Assembly (NCBI GenBank): GCA_937974175.1 | Contig: CALJIG010000027.1 | Coordinates: 8,809 to 72,808, forward strand | DNA length: 64,000 nucleotides | Source: an uncultured Ignavibacteria bacterium | GTDB taxonomy: Bacteria > Bacteroidota > Ignavibacteria > Tepidaquicellales > Tepidaquicellaceae | Direction: 5' to 3' | Shown here: positions 37,302 through 47,135 of the stretch, piece after piece | How positions within the stretch are numbered: position 1 is the first letter of the stretch | How the letters are laid out: each line of letters opens with the position of its first letter | Notes under the pieces: model-generated | Databases searched by the model: none | The model's input: the letters and a program-made list of their open reading frames with translations, nothing else | Told to the model about the DNA's origin: nothing | Program-made: the position numbers and the translations under genes

Positions 37302-39578
37302 CTATTTCTGCTTAGAGATTTTAATTATTATGCTTTTTGATACAGGTGTATTGCTTTTTCGTGCAGTTTCTGTGTAAGGTATAATGGGGTTTGCTTCAGG
37401 GAAGTACGTAGCTACGCAGCGTTCTTTAATATCATACTCTACAATTTTAAAATTTTCAACCATACGTTCTTTATCATAATAAGTGGCTAGGTTTACAGTA
37501 TCATTATGTTTTAGTCCGGCCTTTTTAATATCAGCCTTATTCATCAATATAACTCTGCGCCCGTTTAATATTCCGCGGTAGCGGTCATCAAGTCCGTAGA
37601 TAGTTGTATTGAACTGGTCATGGCTTCGAATCGTCATCATAAGATATTCGTCATCAGCTAATTCCAAAGTTGGAATTTCACTAGTGGTGAACATAGCCTT
37701 TCCGGATAAAGTATTAAAGTTACCGTCACGTGCAGAGTTCGGAAGATAAAAGCCGCCGTTATTTCTTACGCGTTTATTATAGTTATCAAATCCCGGAATT
37801 ACTTTTTCTATTTCATCGCGTATGTTATCGTAATGCTCCAGCATTTTATCCCAATTAACTTTTGAGCGGCTGTTAAGAGTTGCCTTTGCAAGACGGCAGA
37901 CAATTTCCGGTTCACTCAATAATTTTACTGACGGAGGTTTTAATGTTCCCCTTGACTGATGAACAATACCCATTGAGTTCTCCACTGAAACAAATTGTTC
38001 TTTGTTATTTTTAATATCTAAGTCAGTTCTTCCCAGACAGGGTAGAATAAGAGACTCTTCTCCTGTGAAAAAATGTGTGCGGTTCAGTTTAGTTGCAACG
38101 CTTACTGTAAGCTCACAGTTCTCAAGTGCTTCACCTGTATAATTAGTATCCGGAGTAGCAGATAAAAAATTTCCTCCCATTGCAAAAAAAACTTTCGCTT
38201 TACCTGTATGCATTGCAGTCATAGATTCCACTGTATCAAGACCGTAATCAAAGGGAGCATTTAAATCGTAAACTTCATTTAGTTTATCAATAAATTCATG
38301 TTTAGGTTTTTCATAAATTCCCATAGTCCTGTCGCCTTGTACATTGCTGTGCCCGCGCACAGGGCATGCGCCGGCTCCGGGTTTACCAATGCTTCCCTTA
38401 AGAAGCAACAGATTTACTATTTCAGAAATATTATCAACTGCATTTTTATGCTGCGTAAGTCCCATAGCCCAGCAGTAAATAATTCTTTCTGATTTAATAA
38501 TTAATTCAACTGCCTGCCGGATTTCTCCTATGGAAATGCCGCAGTTTTCAGATAGCGAATTTAAATCCTGCTGCTTTAAATCTTTTATAAAATTTTCAAA
38601 TCCATCTGTATTGTTCTTTATAAAATCTAAATCAAAAATTTTACCGGGAGCTTTTTCTTCTTCCTGGAATAGTAAAAACATTATTGCTTTCAGCAGAGGA
38701 ACATCGCCGTTAATTCTTACTTGTAAATATAAATCGGTCAGCTTGGAGGCAATTCCGAAAACACCTTTTACACTTTGCGGATCATCGAAGCCGATGAGTC
38801 CTGCTTCTTTAAGAGGATTGATTGAAATAATTTTTGCGCCGTTTGCTTTGGCTTTTTGCAATGCTTTCATCATTCGCGGATGGTTTGTCCCCGGGTTTTG
38901 TCCTGCTATAATAATTAAATCTGTATTATAAAAATCTTCAAGTTTAACAGTGCCTTTGCCGACACCGATGGTTTCTGTCAGCGCAACACCGCTGGACTCA
39001 TGGCACATATTCGAGCAGTCAGGAAGATTATTTGTACCATATTCTCTTGCAAAAAGCTGATATAAAAAAGCAGCTTCATTGCTTGTTCTGCCTGACGTAT
39101 AAAAAATTGTTTCATTGGGAGAAGAGAGTGAACTTAACTTATTGCCAATGATTGTAAATGCAGTATCCCATGATATTTCTTCGTAATTATCACTGCCTGA
39201 TTTTTTGTAAACGGGCTGAGCAATACGTCCGAGTTTCCCTAGATAGAACTCGTCTTTTTCTTTAAGCTCAGATATTTTATTGTTCTTAAAAAAATTTAGG
39301 GTTACTATTTTTGAGGTGGCTTCTTCAGCAATTGCCTTTGCACCGTTCTCACAATATTCACCGAGTGAAGAGCGCTCTGTATCTGCATCAGGCCATGCGC
39401 ATCCGGGACAATCGGGGCCGTTGAACTGATTAAGCTGAAACATAACCTTACTTGCACGGAACGGACTCATTTCCTTGAGTAAATGCTTTGTAGCAGAAAC
39501 TACGGAAGGCACGCCGCCTGCCTTAGTTTTAGGCTCAGTAATTTTATGTTCTTTATTATTAGTTTTCTTAGATTTCAT
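37302..39578 (-). CDS. FdhF/YdeP-family molybdopterin oxidoreductase
   Basis: 758 aa. N-terminal Cys cluster region (..GPDCPGCAWPD...C.NGAKA..). Molybdopterin-oxidoreductase body and C-terminal molybdopterin dinucleotide-binding domain. Confidence 0.85.
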   Translation of the reverse strand: MKSKKTNNKEHKITEPKTKAGGVPSVVSATKHLLKEMSPFRASKVMFQLNQFNGPDCPGCAWPDADTERSSLGEYCENGAKAIAEEATSKIVTLNFFKNNKISELKEKDEFYLGKLGRIAQPVYKKSGSDNYEEISWDTAFTIIGNKLSSLSSPNETIFYTSGRTSNEAAFLYQLFAREYGTNNLPDCSNMCHESSGVALTETIGVGKGTVKLEDFYNTDLIIIAGQNPGTNHPRMMKALQKAKANGAKIISINPLKEAGLIGFDDPQSVKGVFGIASKLTDLYLQVRINGDVPLLKAIMFLLFQEEEKAPGKIFDLDFIKNNTDGFENFIKDLKQQDLNSLSENCGISIGEIRQAVELIIKSERIIYCWAMGLTQHKNAVDNISEIVNLLLLKGSIGKPGAGACPVRGHSNVQGDRTMGIYEKPKHEFIDKLNEVYDLNAPFDYGLDTVESMTAMHTGKAKVFFAMGGNFLSATPDTNYTGEALENCELTVSVATKLNRTHFFTGEESLILPCLGRTDLDIKNNKEQFVSVENSMGIVHQSRGTLKPPSVKLLSEPEIVCRLAKATLNSRSKVNWDKMLEHYDNIRDEIEKVIPGFDNYNKRVRNNGGFYLPNSARDGNFNTLSGKAMFTTSEIPTLELADDEYLMMTIRSHDQFNTTIYGLDDRYRGILNGRRVILMNKADIKKAGLKHNDTVNLATYYDKERMVENFKIVEYDIKERCVATYFPEANPIIPYTETARKSNTPVSKSIIIKISKQK

Positions 39579-40386
39579 TAAGCTTAATTCGTTCGTGATA
39601 AGTGTAAATATTGAATCTATTATCTCTTAAAAATCCTATGAGAGTGATATTGTTTTCCTTCGCTAAATCAATTGCCAGACTCGAAGGCGCACCGACTGCG
39701 CATACAACCGGAATGCCATTCATCATAGCTTTTTGTATAAGCTCAAAACTTGCGCGTCCGCTAAGAAGTAAAATATTATTTGCAAGAGGTATCAGATTAT
39801 TTTGTAATGCATAACCCGCAAGTTTATCTAAAGCATTATGTCTGCCGACATCTTCTTTTAGGGCAATGAAGTTTCCGTTGAAATCGAATAAACCGCTTGC
39901 ATGAATCCCTCCGGTAGAATCAAATATACTTTGATGCTTTCGTAGTGTATCAGGTAAACTTAGAATAATATTTTTTGAAATAATGCTGCTTAATATTTCA
40001 ACTTTATACTGTGAATTTGTTCTCACTGAATCAATTGAGCTTTTACCGCAGATGCCGCAGCTTGACGTCATGTAAAAATTTCTGTCGGATGATTTGAGAT
40101 TTAGCTCTGCATTTTCATTAATATGAACTGTAACTGTATTCATGCCGGCGGAGAATGACTGAATAGAGTTGTAATTTCTTATAATTCCTTCGGTGAATAA
40201 AAATCCTGTTGCAAGCTCTTCATCATTGCCGGGAGTTCTCATAGTTATGGAAATGATTTTTCTCTCACCACCGTGAGTGATTGAAATTTCAAGCGGCTCT
40301 TCTATAGCAGTATTATCTTCTGCTTCCTTAGTTATTTCGTTCTGAACTTTTAATATTTTATATCTTCCGTTACTCATCTTTATCAA
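39568..40386 (-). CDS. fdhD: Formate dehydrogenase accessory sulfurtransferase FdhD
   Basis: 272 aa. Contains TSSCGICGK (active-site Cys loop) and GRHNALDK motifs. It overlaps ydeP by 11 nt. Confidence 0.85.
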   Translation of the reverse strand: MIKMSNGRYKILKVQNEITKEAEDNTAIEEPLEISITHGGERKIISITMRTPGNDEELATGFLFTEGIIRNYNSIQSFSAGMNTVTVHINENAELNLKSSDRNFYMTSSCGICGKSSIDSVRTNSQYKVEILSSIISKNIILSLPDTLRKHQSIFDSTGGIHASGLFDFNGNFIALKEDVGRHNALDKLAGYALQNNLIPLANNILLLSGRASFELIQKAMMNGIPVVCAVGAPSSLAIDLAKENNITLIGFLRDNRFNIYTYHERIKLNEI

Positions 40387-40909
40387 TTAGTTCTTTATGC
40401 AATGGAATAAATTTACAGTCATGTTCTTTAAGAAATTTTATAATGGAATATTTTCCTGAGTTATATTTCTCAAGTAAAATCTTATTCGATTTGTTTTCAA
40501 AAATAACTATAGAAGGCTCCGGGAAATTGTTTGATGTAAAACACGTTGCGAATTTATTTATATCTCTTTCATTAATCAGTGTGTGAATTAATGCTTCATC
40601 AATATTAATTAAATCACAATAAATAGTAATGAAATTTTCATTGGGGAATTGTTTTATAGCGGAAATTAATCCGGTGAGCGGTCCCTGATTTTCACTGCTG
40701 TCATCGTCGTAAATGATATCATAGTTCCCATTTGGAAGCTCTGTCTGTTTTTTATTTCGTGAGATTAAAATTTTATCTGTGAAAGGTGTGAGTAAGTCAG
40801 ATAAGAAAAAAATGTGAGGTTTGCCATTGTAGTCTACCAATGCTTTATCTTTTCCCATTCTTTCACTTTTACCGCCGGCGAGAATGAGGGCTGTTATTTG
40901 CCTCTTCAT
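40370..40909 (-). CDS. mobA: Molybdenum cofactor guanylyltransferase
   Basis: ALILAGGKSERMG.DKAL N-terminal motif and QGPLTGL. It overlaps fdhD by 17 nt. Confidence 0.8.
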   Translation of the reverse strand: MKRQITALILAGGKSERMGKDKALVDYNGKPHIFFLSDLLTPFTDKILISRNKKQTELPNGNYDIIYDDDSSENQGPLTGLISAIKQFPNENFITIYCDLINIDEALIHTLINERDINKFATCFTSNNFPEPSIVIFENKSNKILLEKYNSGKYSIIKFLKEHDCKFIPLHKELIDKDE

Positions 40910-40968
40910 ATAATGTAAAATACGGAATTAAAAGGAGGAGTAAAAACTTTACAAATTTATATTGTAGT

Positions 40969-41364
40969 TTAATAAATATATGTTAATGTCCAAAGAGCGA
41001 TAGACTCACCAATATAATTACCGCTGCCTTGATTAGAAAGTATCTGTCCTGACAACACTCCTATACTGGTTGTATCACGGTATATTTGTCCGTTTAGAAT
41101 GCCGCTGTTTAGGACATTGCCTTTTACATCCACGTTAATTGAACTTCCGGAAAAATTTAGTGACATCGGGGAATTAAAGCTGCCATCATTGTTTACGGTA
41201 AGCGTGCCTCCACCGGATGCTCCGGTTGTAAATGTAAATCTGTAAGTACCTGTAAAGGGTGTGTGAGATGAAGTTGAATTTGTTAAGTCGTTTTCTTTAG
41301 CGCAGCTGTATAAAAATACCGTGCTTAAGAACAGAAAGAATATTCGATAGAAAACTATATTCAT
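40969..41364 (-). CDS. Small lipoprotein, unknown function (paralogue of 41366..41776)
   Basis: Lipobox LYSC. Shared blocks G.Y.F..T...G.....NN.GSF... and IG.LSGQI. Confidence 0.55.
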   Translation of the reverse strand: MNIVFYRIFFLFLSTVFLYSCAKENDLTNSTSSHTPFTGTYRFTFTTGASGGGTLTVNNDGSFNSPMSLNFSGSSINVDVKGNVLNSGILNGQIYRDTTSIGVLSGQILSNQGSGNYIGESIALWTLTYIY

Positions 41365-41365
41365 A

Positions 41366-41776
41366 TTAATTACTCCCAGCCATTGAATAGCTGCCCTGAA
41401 GAGAATAGCCGCTATCGTTTAATGAAAAATCTCCGTAGCCTATCTGACCTGAAAGAGAGCCAATTTCATACTGCGCTCTATAAATTTTCCCGGCTAAGTT
41501 ACCATTCTCGTCTACAACTCCTGTGATAATTACCGGAAAAACCTCAGTACCTACTGACGAGCGAAGCTGAATGAAAAAACTGAAACTACCTCTGTTATTT
41601 ATGACTACATCTTTTTGTCCCGTAAGTTCACTTGTTATTGAAAATATATAGTTGCCTTCATATGGATTATTTATCTCGGCAATAATAACATCGCCGATTT
41701 CCTTTTCACATCCATAAAAAATAATTACAGGTACTGTTAGTAATACTATTGTTAAATATTTTAGCGTACGAATCAT
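41366..41776 (-). CDS. Small lipoprotein, unknown function (paralogue of 40969..41364)
   Basis: Lipobox FYGC. Colinear similarity to its neighbour, with a 1-nt intergenic gap. Confidence 0.55.
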   Translation of the reverse strand: MIRTLKYLTIVLLTVPVIIFYGCEKEIGDVIIAEINNPYEGNYIFSITSELTGQKDVVINNRGSFSFFIQLRSSVGTEVFPVIITGVVDENGNLAGKIYRAQYEIGSLSGQIGYGDFSLNDSGYSLQGSYSMAGSN

Positions 41777-41781
41777 GATAG

Positions 41782-42474
41782 TTAAAACTGGACTCCGGTT
41801 GTAATGTGGAGATTATCTCTATACTCGACTATTCTATAGCTCGAAACATTAAAGTCTACCTTCTGATAACTGTAAGCTGCGTCAAAAACAAGGTCTATAT
41901 TATTTTTAATATTAAATCTTACTCCTGTTCCTGTCTGAAAATAAATCCCTTTACCCTTTTCATCGGAAACAGAATAGCCCAGATCAATATAAAAATAAGG
42001 TTTAATTTTTTGAAAAAGGAAAGTAAACTTTGCATCTATAAACACCGGAACTGTATATCCCGAAGCATATTTAATGTATGAGCCGCCTATACCGAACGAA
42101 AGCTCGTTAACCTGGTATGAAAATACATTGGAGAAAGTCACATTGTTCTTATAATCGGAAATGTTTCTAACTAAACCGACTTTTGTAATGTTTGTAAACT
42201 TTTTTGTGGCGTAATATATTGAATCACGCTTCGGCCTGTTTAAATAATCATCACGGTTGAAATTTTCTTTTTCTATACGTTCAACAACAGACATAGAAAA
42301 ACTTAAATCTTTACCGTTTCTATCTGTAATTTTTACCGTGCTTCCGGGAATTAACTCAGTAATAACTCCCATAATTCTTGTACCATCTTTAAAATATATA
42401 ACGTCCAAAGGAATATCCTGTGAATACACCTTTACAACTGCCAGCAAGAGAATAATAAAAAGAATTTTTTTCAT
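41782..42474 (-). CDS. Outer-membrane protein (N-terminal soluble domain plus beta-barrel-like C-terminal half)
   Basis: Signal peptide, amphipathic beta-strand pattern and C-terminal aromatic residue (..TTGVQF). Confidence 0.5.
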   Translation of the reverse strand: MKKILFIILLLAVVKVYSQDIPLDVIYFKDGTRIMGVITELIPGSTVKITDRNGKDLSFSMSVVERIEKENFNRDDYLNRPKRDSIYYATKKFTNITKVGLVRNISDYKNNVTFSNVFSYQVNELSFGIGGSYIKYASGYTVPVFIDAKFTFLFQKIKPYFYIDLGYSVSDEKGKGIYFQTGTGVRFNIKNNIDLVFDAAYSYQKVDFNVSSYRIVEYRDNLHITTGVQF

Positions 42475-42494
42475 TTATTTTAGAGAAGGAAATA

Positions 42495-43997
42495 TTATAA
42501 AGTGACATAAGCATCCAATCCGTGCTTACCGCCTTCGCGTCCGAATCCGCTTTCTTTGTATCCGCCGAAAGGAGATGCAGGATTAAATTTATTGAATGTA
42601 TTTGCCCATACAACACCGGCTCTTAATTTGCTTAATACATTAAATACTTTTGAGCCTTTATCTGTCCATACGCCTGCTGATAAACCGTAGAAAGTATTGT
42701 TTGCTTTTTCTATTGCTTCTGCGGGAGTTCTGAAAGTTAATATTGATAGCACGGGTCCAAAGATTTCTTCATTTGCAATCCTGTTTGACTGAGCAACATC
42801 AGTGAAGAATGTCGGCTTGAACCAATATCCTTTCGAAGGAAGTGTACACTCAGGCTGATACATTGTTGCGCCTTCTTCAATTCCCGAAGCAACCATTTCG
42901 TTAATTCTGTCTAACTGCATTCTTGAATTTATTGCGCCTATATCAGTATTCTTATCAAGCGGGTCACCGACTCTTAAGTTTTTCATTCTGTGTTTCAGTT
43001 TTTTAATCACAATATCTTTAATGCTTTCCTGTACAAGAAGTCTTGAGCCTGCGCAGCATACATGTCCCTGATTAAAATAAATTCCGTTTATAATTCCTTC
43101 TATAGCAGCATCAATTGGCGCATCTTCAAAAATTATATTTGCTGCTTTACCGCCTAATTCCAATGTAAGTTTTTTATCTGTACCGGCAATAGATTTCATT
43201 ATTATCTTTCCGACTTCAGTAGAGCCTGTGAATGCAATCTTCTTTACCTTCGGATTATTTACCATCCATGCGCCTGTTTCACCTGCACCTGAAATAATAT
43301 TTACTACACCGTCCGGTACGCCTGCTTCCTGAATAACTTCAGCAAGCTTATATAATGTAAGAGGAGTTGTCTCTGCAGATTTAATTACAACCGTATTTCC
43401 GCATGCAAGTGCCGGAGCGATTTTCCATGCAGCCATTAATAATGGGAAATTCCACGGAATGATTTGCGCTACTACTCCGATTGGTTTCGGGTTTTGTCCC
43501 GGGAAAGCATACTTCAATTTATCTGCCCATCCGGCATAATAAAAGAAGTGTGCGATAGCTAAAGGAATATCAACAGATTTCGATTCACGAATCGGCTTAC
43601 CACCGTCGAGAGATTCTATTACTGCAAACTCTCTTGCCTTCTCCTGTAAAATTCTTGCAATTCTGAAAATATATTTTGCGCGTTCCTTGCCTGAAATTTT
43701 ACTCCACTCTCCATTGAAAGCCTTTTCGGCAGCGTTGATAGCTTTATCAACATCTTTTTTTTCGGCGGAGGCAACTTTAGCAATAACTTCCTCAGTTGCC
43801 GGGTTTATTGTATTAAAATATTTTGCCGTCTTCTGCCATTTGCCGTCTATGAAAAGATCATATTTCGGTTTCAGTTTTATGTGGGAAGGATCTTCGATTG
43901 ATTTGGAATAGTTCCATTTAGGCGTAATGTTGCTGCCCTTTACAGTAATCTCTTTGCCTTGAACTTTCTTAGTCTTAGCGGGTAGTTTTGAACTCAT
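42495..43997 (-). CDS. NAD(P)-dependent aldehyde dehydrogenase
   Basis: ALDH motifs WNFPL, FTGSTEVGK, LELGGK (catalytic Glu), GQVCCAGSR-like HVCCAGSR (catalytic Cys) and EEIFGPV. Confidence 0.9.
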   Translation of the reverse strand: MSSKLPAKTKKVQGKEITVKGSNITPKWNYSKSIEDPSHIKLKPKYDLFIDGKWQKTAKYFNTINPATEEVIAKVASAEKKDVDKAINAAEKAFNGEWSKISGKERAKYIFRIARILQEKAREFAVIESLDGGKPIRESKSVDIPLAIAHFFYYAGWADKLKYAFPGQNPKPIGVVAQIIPWNFPLLMAAWKIAPALACGNTVVIKSAETTPLTLYKLAEVIQEAGVPDGVVNIISGAGETGAWMVNNPKVKKIAFTGSTEVGKIIMKSIAGTDKKLTLELGGKAANIIFEDAPIDAAIEGIINGIYFNQGHVCCAGSRLLVQESIKDIVIKKLKHRMKNLRVGDPLDKNTDIGAINSRMQLDRINEMVASGIEEGATMYQPECTLPSKGYWFKPTFFTDVAQSNRIANEEIFGPVLSILTFRTPAEAIEKANNTFYGLSAGVWTDKGSKVFNVLSKLRAGVVWANTFNKFNPASPFGGYKESGFGREGGKHGLDAYVTL

Positions 43998-44034
43998 TTT
44001 CTGATTTTAAATTCTTTTTATTCTTTATAATAAC

Positions 44035-44193
44035 TTACTCTACAGATTTTCCTTCGGACTCAACAAACTTTTTAATCGCTTCTATGTTTGCCAATATCAT
44101 TTTTGCCTTTCCCAAGCCGAATGAGAATGGAAATTTTTCTCCGGGATTTAAACAAATTAAGGCGTTTCCTTTGTACTCTGTTAGTTCTGGCAT
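44035..44193 (-). CDS. Small hypothetical protein (52 aa) not in the supplied ORF track
   Basis: ATG at 44193 and TAA at 44035-44037. Translation: MPELTEYKGNALICLNPGEKFPFSFGLGKAKMILANIEAIKKFVESEGKSVE. It fills most of the gap between co-directional deoC and the aldehyde dehydrogenase gene. Confidence 0.45.
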   Translation of the reverse strand: MPELTEYKGNALICLNPGEKFPFSFGLGKAKMILANIEAIKKFVESEGKSVE

Positions 44194-44211
44194 TGTAGTA
44201 TAATTTAATTT

Positions 44212-45162
44212 TTAATCGATTGTGAAGTAATCAGCTCCCTGATAGAAGCCTGTTCTTTGTTTTTTGATTTGCATTAATAAATCATTGAGCAATGTGCTTG
44301 CTCCGATTCTGAACATTTTATTGTTCAGCCAGTCAGGTCCTAATGTTTCATTCACTAATACTAAGTAAGCAATAGCATCTTTTGCAGTTTTTATTCCACC
44401 TGCAGGTTTCATTCCGATTTTTATTCCTGTTTCAAAATAATAATCACGGATTGCTTCGAGCATTACAAGTGTTACAGGTAAGGTAGCAGCGGGCTGAACT
44501 TTTCCTGTAGATGTTTTTATAAAATCAGCGCCTGCCATCATTGCCAGAATGCTTGCACGTCTGACGTTATCGTATGTTTCAAGCTCACCGGTTTCAAGAA
44601 TCACTTTTAAGTGCACGTCAACTTTTTTGCCGAGCTTCTCGCTCATGTATTTTGATTCCTGTACGCAGACTTGTTTAATCTCTTTTATCTCATCGAACAC
44701 TAACTGATATTCACCTGATAAAAATTCTCCTCTGGAAATTACCATATCAATTTCATCAGCGCCATCTCTTATGCAATCTACTACATCCTGAACTCTTAAA
44801 TCCATTGAGTATTGTCCCGAAGGAAATGCAGTAGCAACAGATGCAACATGAACACCTGAATCGCCAACAGCTTTCACGGCAGTTTTAATCATATTAGGAT
44901 AAACGCATACAGCACCGCAGCTGGGGATTGTATAATCACCGGGCATAGGTCTTATAGCCTTCTGGCACATTGCAAGCACCTTGCCTTCAGTATCTTTACC
45001 TTCAAGAGTCGTAAGGTCAATCATGGATATAGCAGTATTTAAAGCCCAGATTTTACTTTCTGTCTTAATGCTTCTACCGGCTAGCATGGCAGCGCGCTCT
45101 TTCGTACCTATTTCATCAACGGGCAATAAAAAATTGCTTAAAAAATTCTCTTTGAACTTCAT
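44212..45162 (-). CDS. deoC: Deoxyribose-phosphate aldolase (long form)
   Basis: 316 aa. Contains ..IDLTTL.., DMVI and the Schiff-base Lys region DFIKTSTGK. Confidence 0.85.
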   Translation of the reverse strand: MKFKENFLSNFLLPVDEIGTKERAAMLAGRSIKTESKIWALNTAISMIDLTTLEGKDTEGKVLAMCQKAIRPMPGDYTIPSCGAVCVYPNMIKTAVKAVGDSGVHVASVATAFPSGQYSMDLRVQDVVDCIRDGADEIDMVISRGEFLSGEYQLVFDEIKEIKQVCVQESKYMSEKLGKKVDVHLKVILETGELETYDNVRRASILAMMAGADFIKTSTGKVQPAATLPVTLVMLEAIRDYYFETGIKIGMKPAGGIKTAKDAIAYLVLVNETLGPDWLNNKMFRIGASTLLNDLLMQIKKQRTGFYQGADYFTID

Positions 45163-45282
45163 TCTTTTATTGTAATAAATTGTATTTGCTTTAGTTTAAA
45201 CATAACAAATATTGAAAGAGATTAAAATAGACTAAAATATATCTAAAAAAAAATATATTTTTATACTTCAATCAAATTCAAC

Positions 45283-47112
45283 ATGCCAGGAAGCAAATCA
45301 CCCCGCGTAAGAAAACTAACAGTAGAACAGTTTTTTGCGATAAGATCTATTTCAGGATTCTCTCTATCTGAAAAGAATAATGAAGTTTATTACATTACTA
45401 ACACCACAGGAATTCCGCAGATTTGGGTAACATCATTAAAAGGCGGAGTGACAAAACAAATATCTATCTGGCCGGAGGCTGTCAGAGAGGTACACCATAA
45501 TCCTAAGACGAATGATATTATTTTCATAAGCGATAATAACGGAGACGAACAGACACAGATTTATTCAATGCAGGATAAAGGAGGTGAGGTACTGCATCTC
45601 TCCGAAGGTTTCGAAAATTCGCAAACATTGTTTATTTCTTTTAACAAAAAAGGAGATAAATATTTATTTGCAACAAATAAAAGACTCGATTACAATTTCG
45701 ATAACTATATAAAAGATTTAAAGACAGGCGAAAACATTCTTGTGAAGTCATTTGAAGATGAATATCCGACACATGCATCTGAATGGAGCAGCAACGAGAG
45801 ATATATCATCTTTGAAAAAGTATATGGCAATATGAATATGGACCTTCTTCTTTTTGATACAAAAGACGGTTCATTAAAAAATATTACCGAACATGATTTA
45901 AGTGTAAATACTTTTTACGGAAATATACACTTTGATAAAAATAATAAAGGGTTTTATTATCTTACTGATGAAGGAAGGGAATTCAAAGGGATTAAATACT
46001 ACAATATAAAAAGCGGTAAATCAGAGTGGGTAATTACTGAGAACTGGGATATAGTTACTTATAATTTTTCAAAAGATTTCAAAAATATGAGCTGGATCAC
46101 AAATAAAAATGGCAGCCATATTCCTAAAATAAAGAATCTGAAGAACGGAAAAATTAAAAAACTAAAACTGAAGAAAGAAACATATTCAGGAATGCGTTTT
46201 AGTGAAGACGGAAAAAAGCTCGTTTATATGTGCAACAGTCCGCTCGTCCCGACAGAAATTTTTGTTTATGATTTAAACAAAGATAAAAAGCATGCCATTA
46301 CAGATTCACTCATAGGAAACATAAGTGACGATGCATTTACAGAACCAAAAGATATTTTTTATAAAAGCTTTGACGGTCTTTCAATTCATAGTTTACTTTA
46401 CGTTCCCAAGGGTACAATGAAAGACGGAACTAACCCTGCTATTCTTTGGCCTCATGGCGGACCGGAAGCATCTGAAATGCATAACTTCAATAAATATCTC
46501 CAGGTCTTCACTAATGCCGGATATATTGTCATTGCACCGAATTTCAGAGGAAGTATCGGTTACGGTAAATCATTTCAGAAAATGATTTACAAAGACTGGG
46601 GCGGAGCAGAGTTTCAGGATGTACTTGGCGCTGTAGATTATTTAAAAGAAACCGGATACGCTGACCCGAAAAAAATTGCTGTTGTTGGCGGAAGCTTCGG
46701 CGGGTTTATGACTCTTACATGTGTAACAAAAGCTCCTAAAATATGGAAATGCGCTATTGATATTTTTGGTCCTTCAAATTTATTTACTTTCCTTGAGTCT
46801 GTTCCTGAGCACTGGAAGCAGGGAACCGATATACTTGTGGGGAATGCTAAAACAGATAAAGCGATGCTGACGGAAAGAAGCCCGATCAACTTCGTCGATA
46901 ATATAAAATGTCCGCTGCTGGTTATACAGGGAAAGTATGATCCGAGAGTAGTGGAAGCGGAGTCAGTACAGATAGTAGAAAAATTAAAATCAGTAAACAA
47001 ACCCGTTGAGTATTTACTTTTAGAAGATGAAGGCCATGGATTTTCGAAAGTATCGAACCAGATAAAAGTTTTTAAGCTAATGTTGAATTTCCTCGATAAA
47101 TATTTAAAATAA
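45283..47112 (+). CDS. S9-family serine peptidase (prolyl oligopeptidase / acylaminoacyl-peptidase type)
   Basis: N-terminal beta-propeller region. Catalytic domain with nucleophile elbow GGSFGG, plus ..QGKYDPRV.. (Asp) and ..EGHGF (His). Confidence 0.85.
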   Translation: MPGSKSPRVRKLTVEQFFAIRSISGFSLSEKNNEVYYITNTTGIPQIWVTSLKGGVTKQISIWPEAVREVHHNPKTNDIIFISDNNGDEQTQIYSMQDKGGEVLHLSEGFENSQTLFISFNKKGDKYLFATNKRLDYNFDNYIKDLKTGENILVKSFEDEYPTHASEWSSNERYIIFEKVYGNMNMDLLLFDTKDGSLKNITEHDLSVNTFYGNIHFDKNNKGFYYLTDEGREFKGIKYYNIKSGKSEWVITENWDIVTYNFSKDFKNMSWITNKNGSHIPKIKNLKNGKIKKLKLKKETYSGMRFSEDGKKLVYMCNSPLVPTEIFVYDLNKDKKHAITDSLIGNISDDAFTEPKDIFYKSFDGLSIHSLLYVPKGTMKDGTNPAILWPHGGPEASEMHNFNKYLQVFTNAGYIVIAPNFRGSIGYGKSFQKMIYKDWGGAEFQDVLGAVDYLKETGYADPKKIAVVGGSFGGFMTLTCVTKAPKIWKCAIDIFGPSNLFTFLESVPEHWKQGTDILVGNAKTDKAMLTERSPINFVDNIKCPLLVIQGKYDPRVVEAESVQIVEKLKSVNKPVEYLLLEDEGHGFSKVSNQIKVFKLMLNFLDKYLK

Positions 47113-47135
47113 AGTTATCTTTACCAAATTCCTAT

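Noticed and set aside
38298-38931. Plus-strand ORFs inside the ydeP gene (64 and 133 aa)
   Set aside because: They are antisense to a full-length molybdopterin oxidoreductase and have no independent support.
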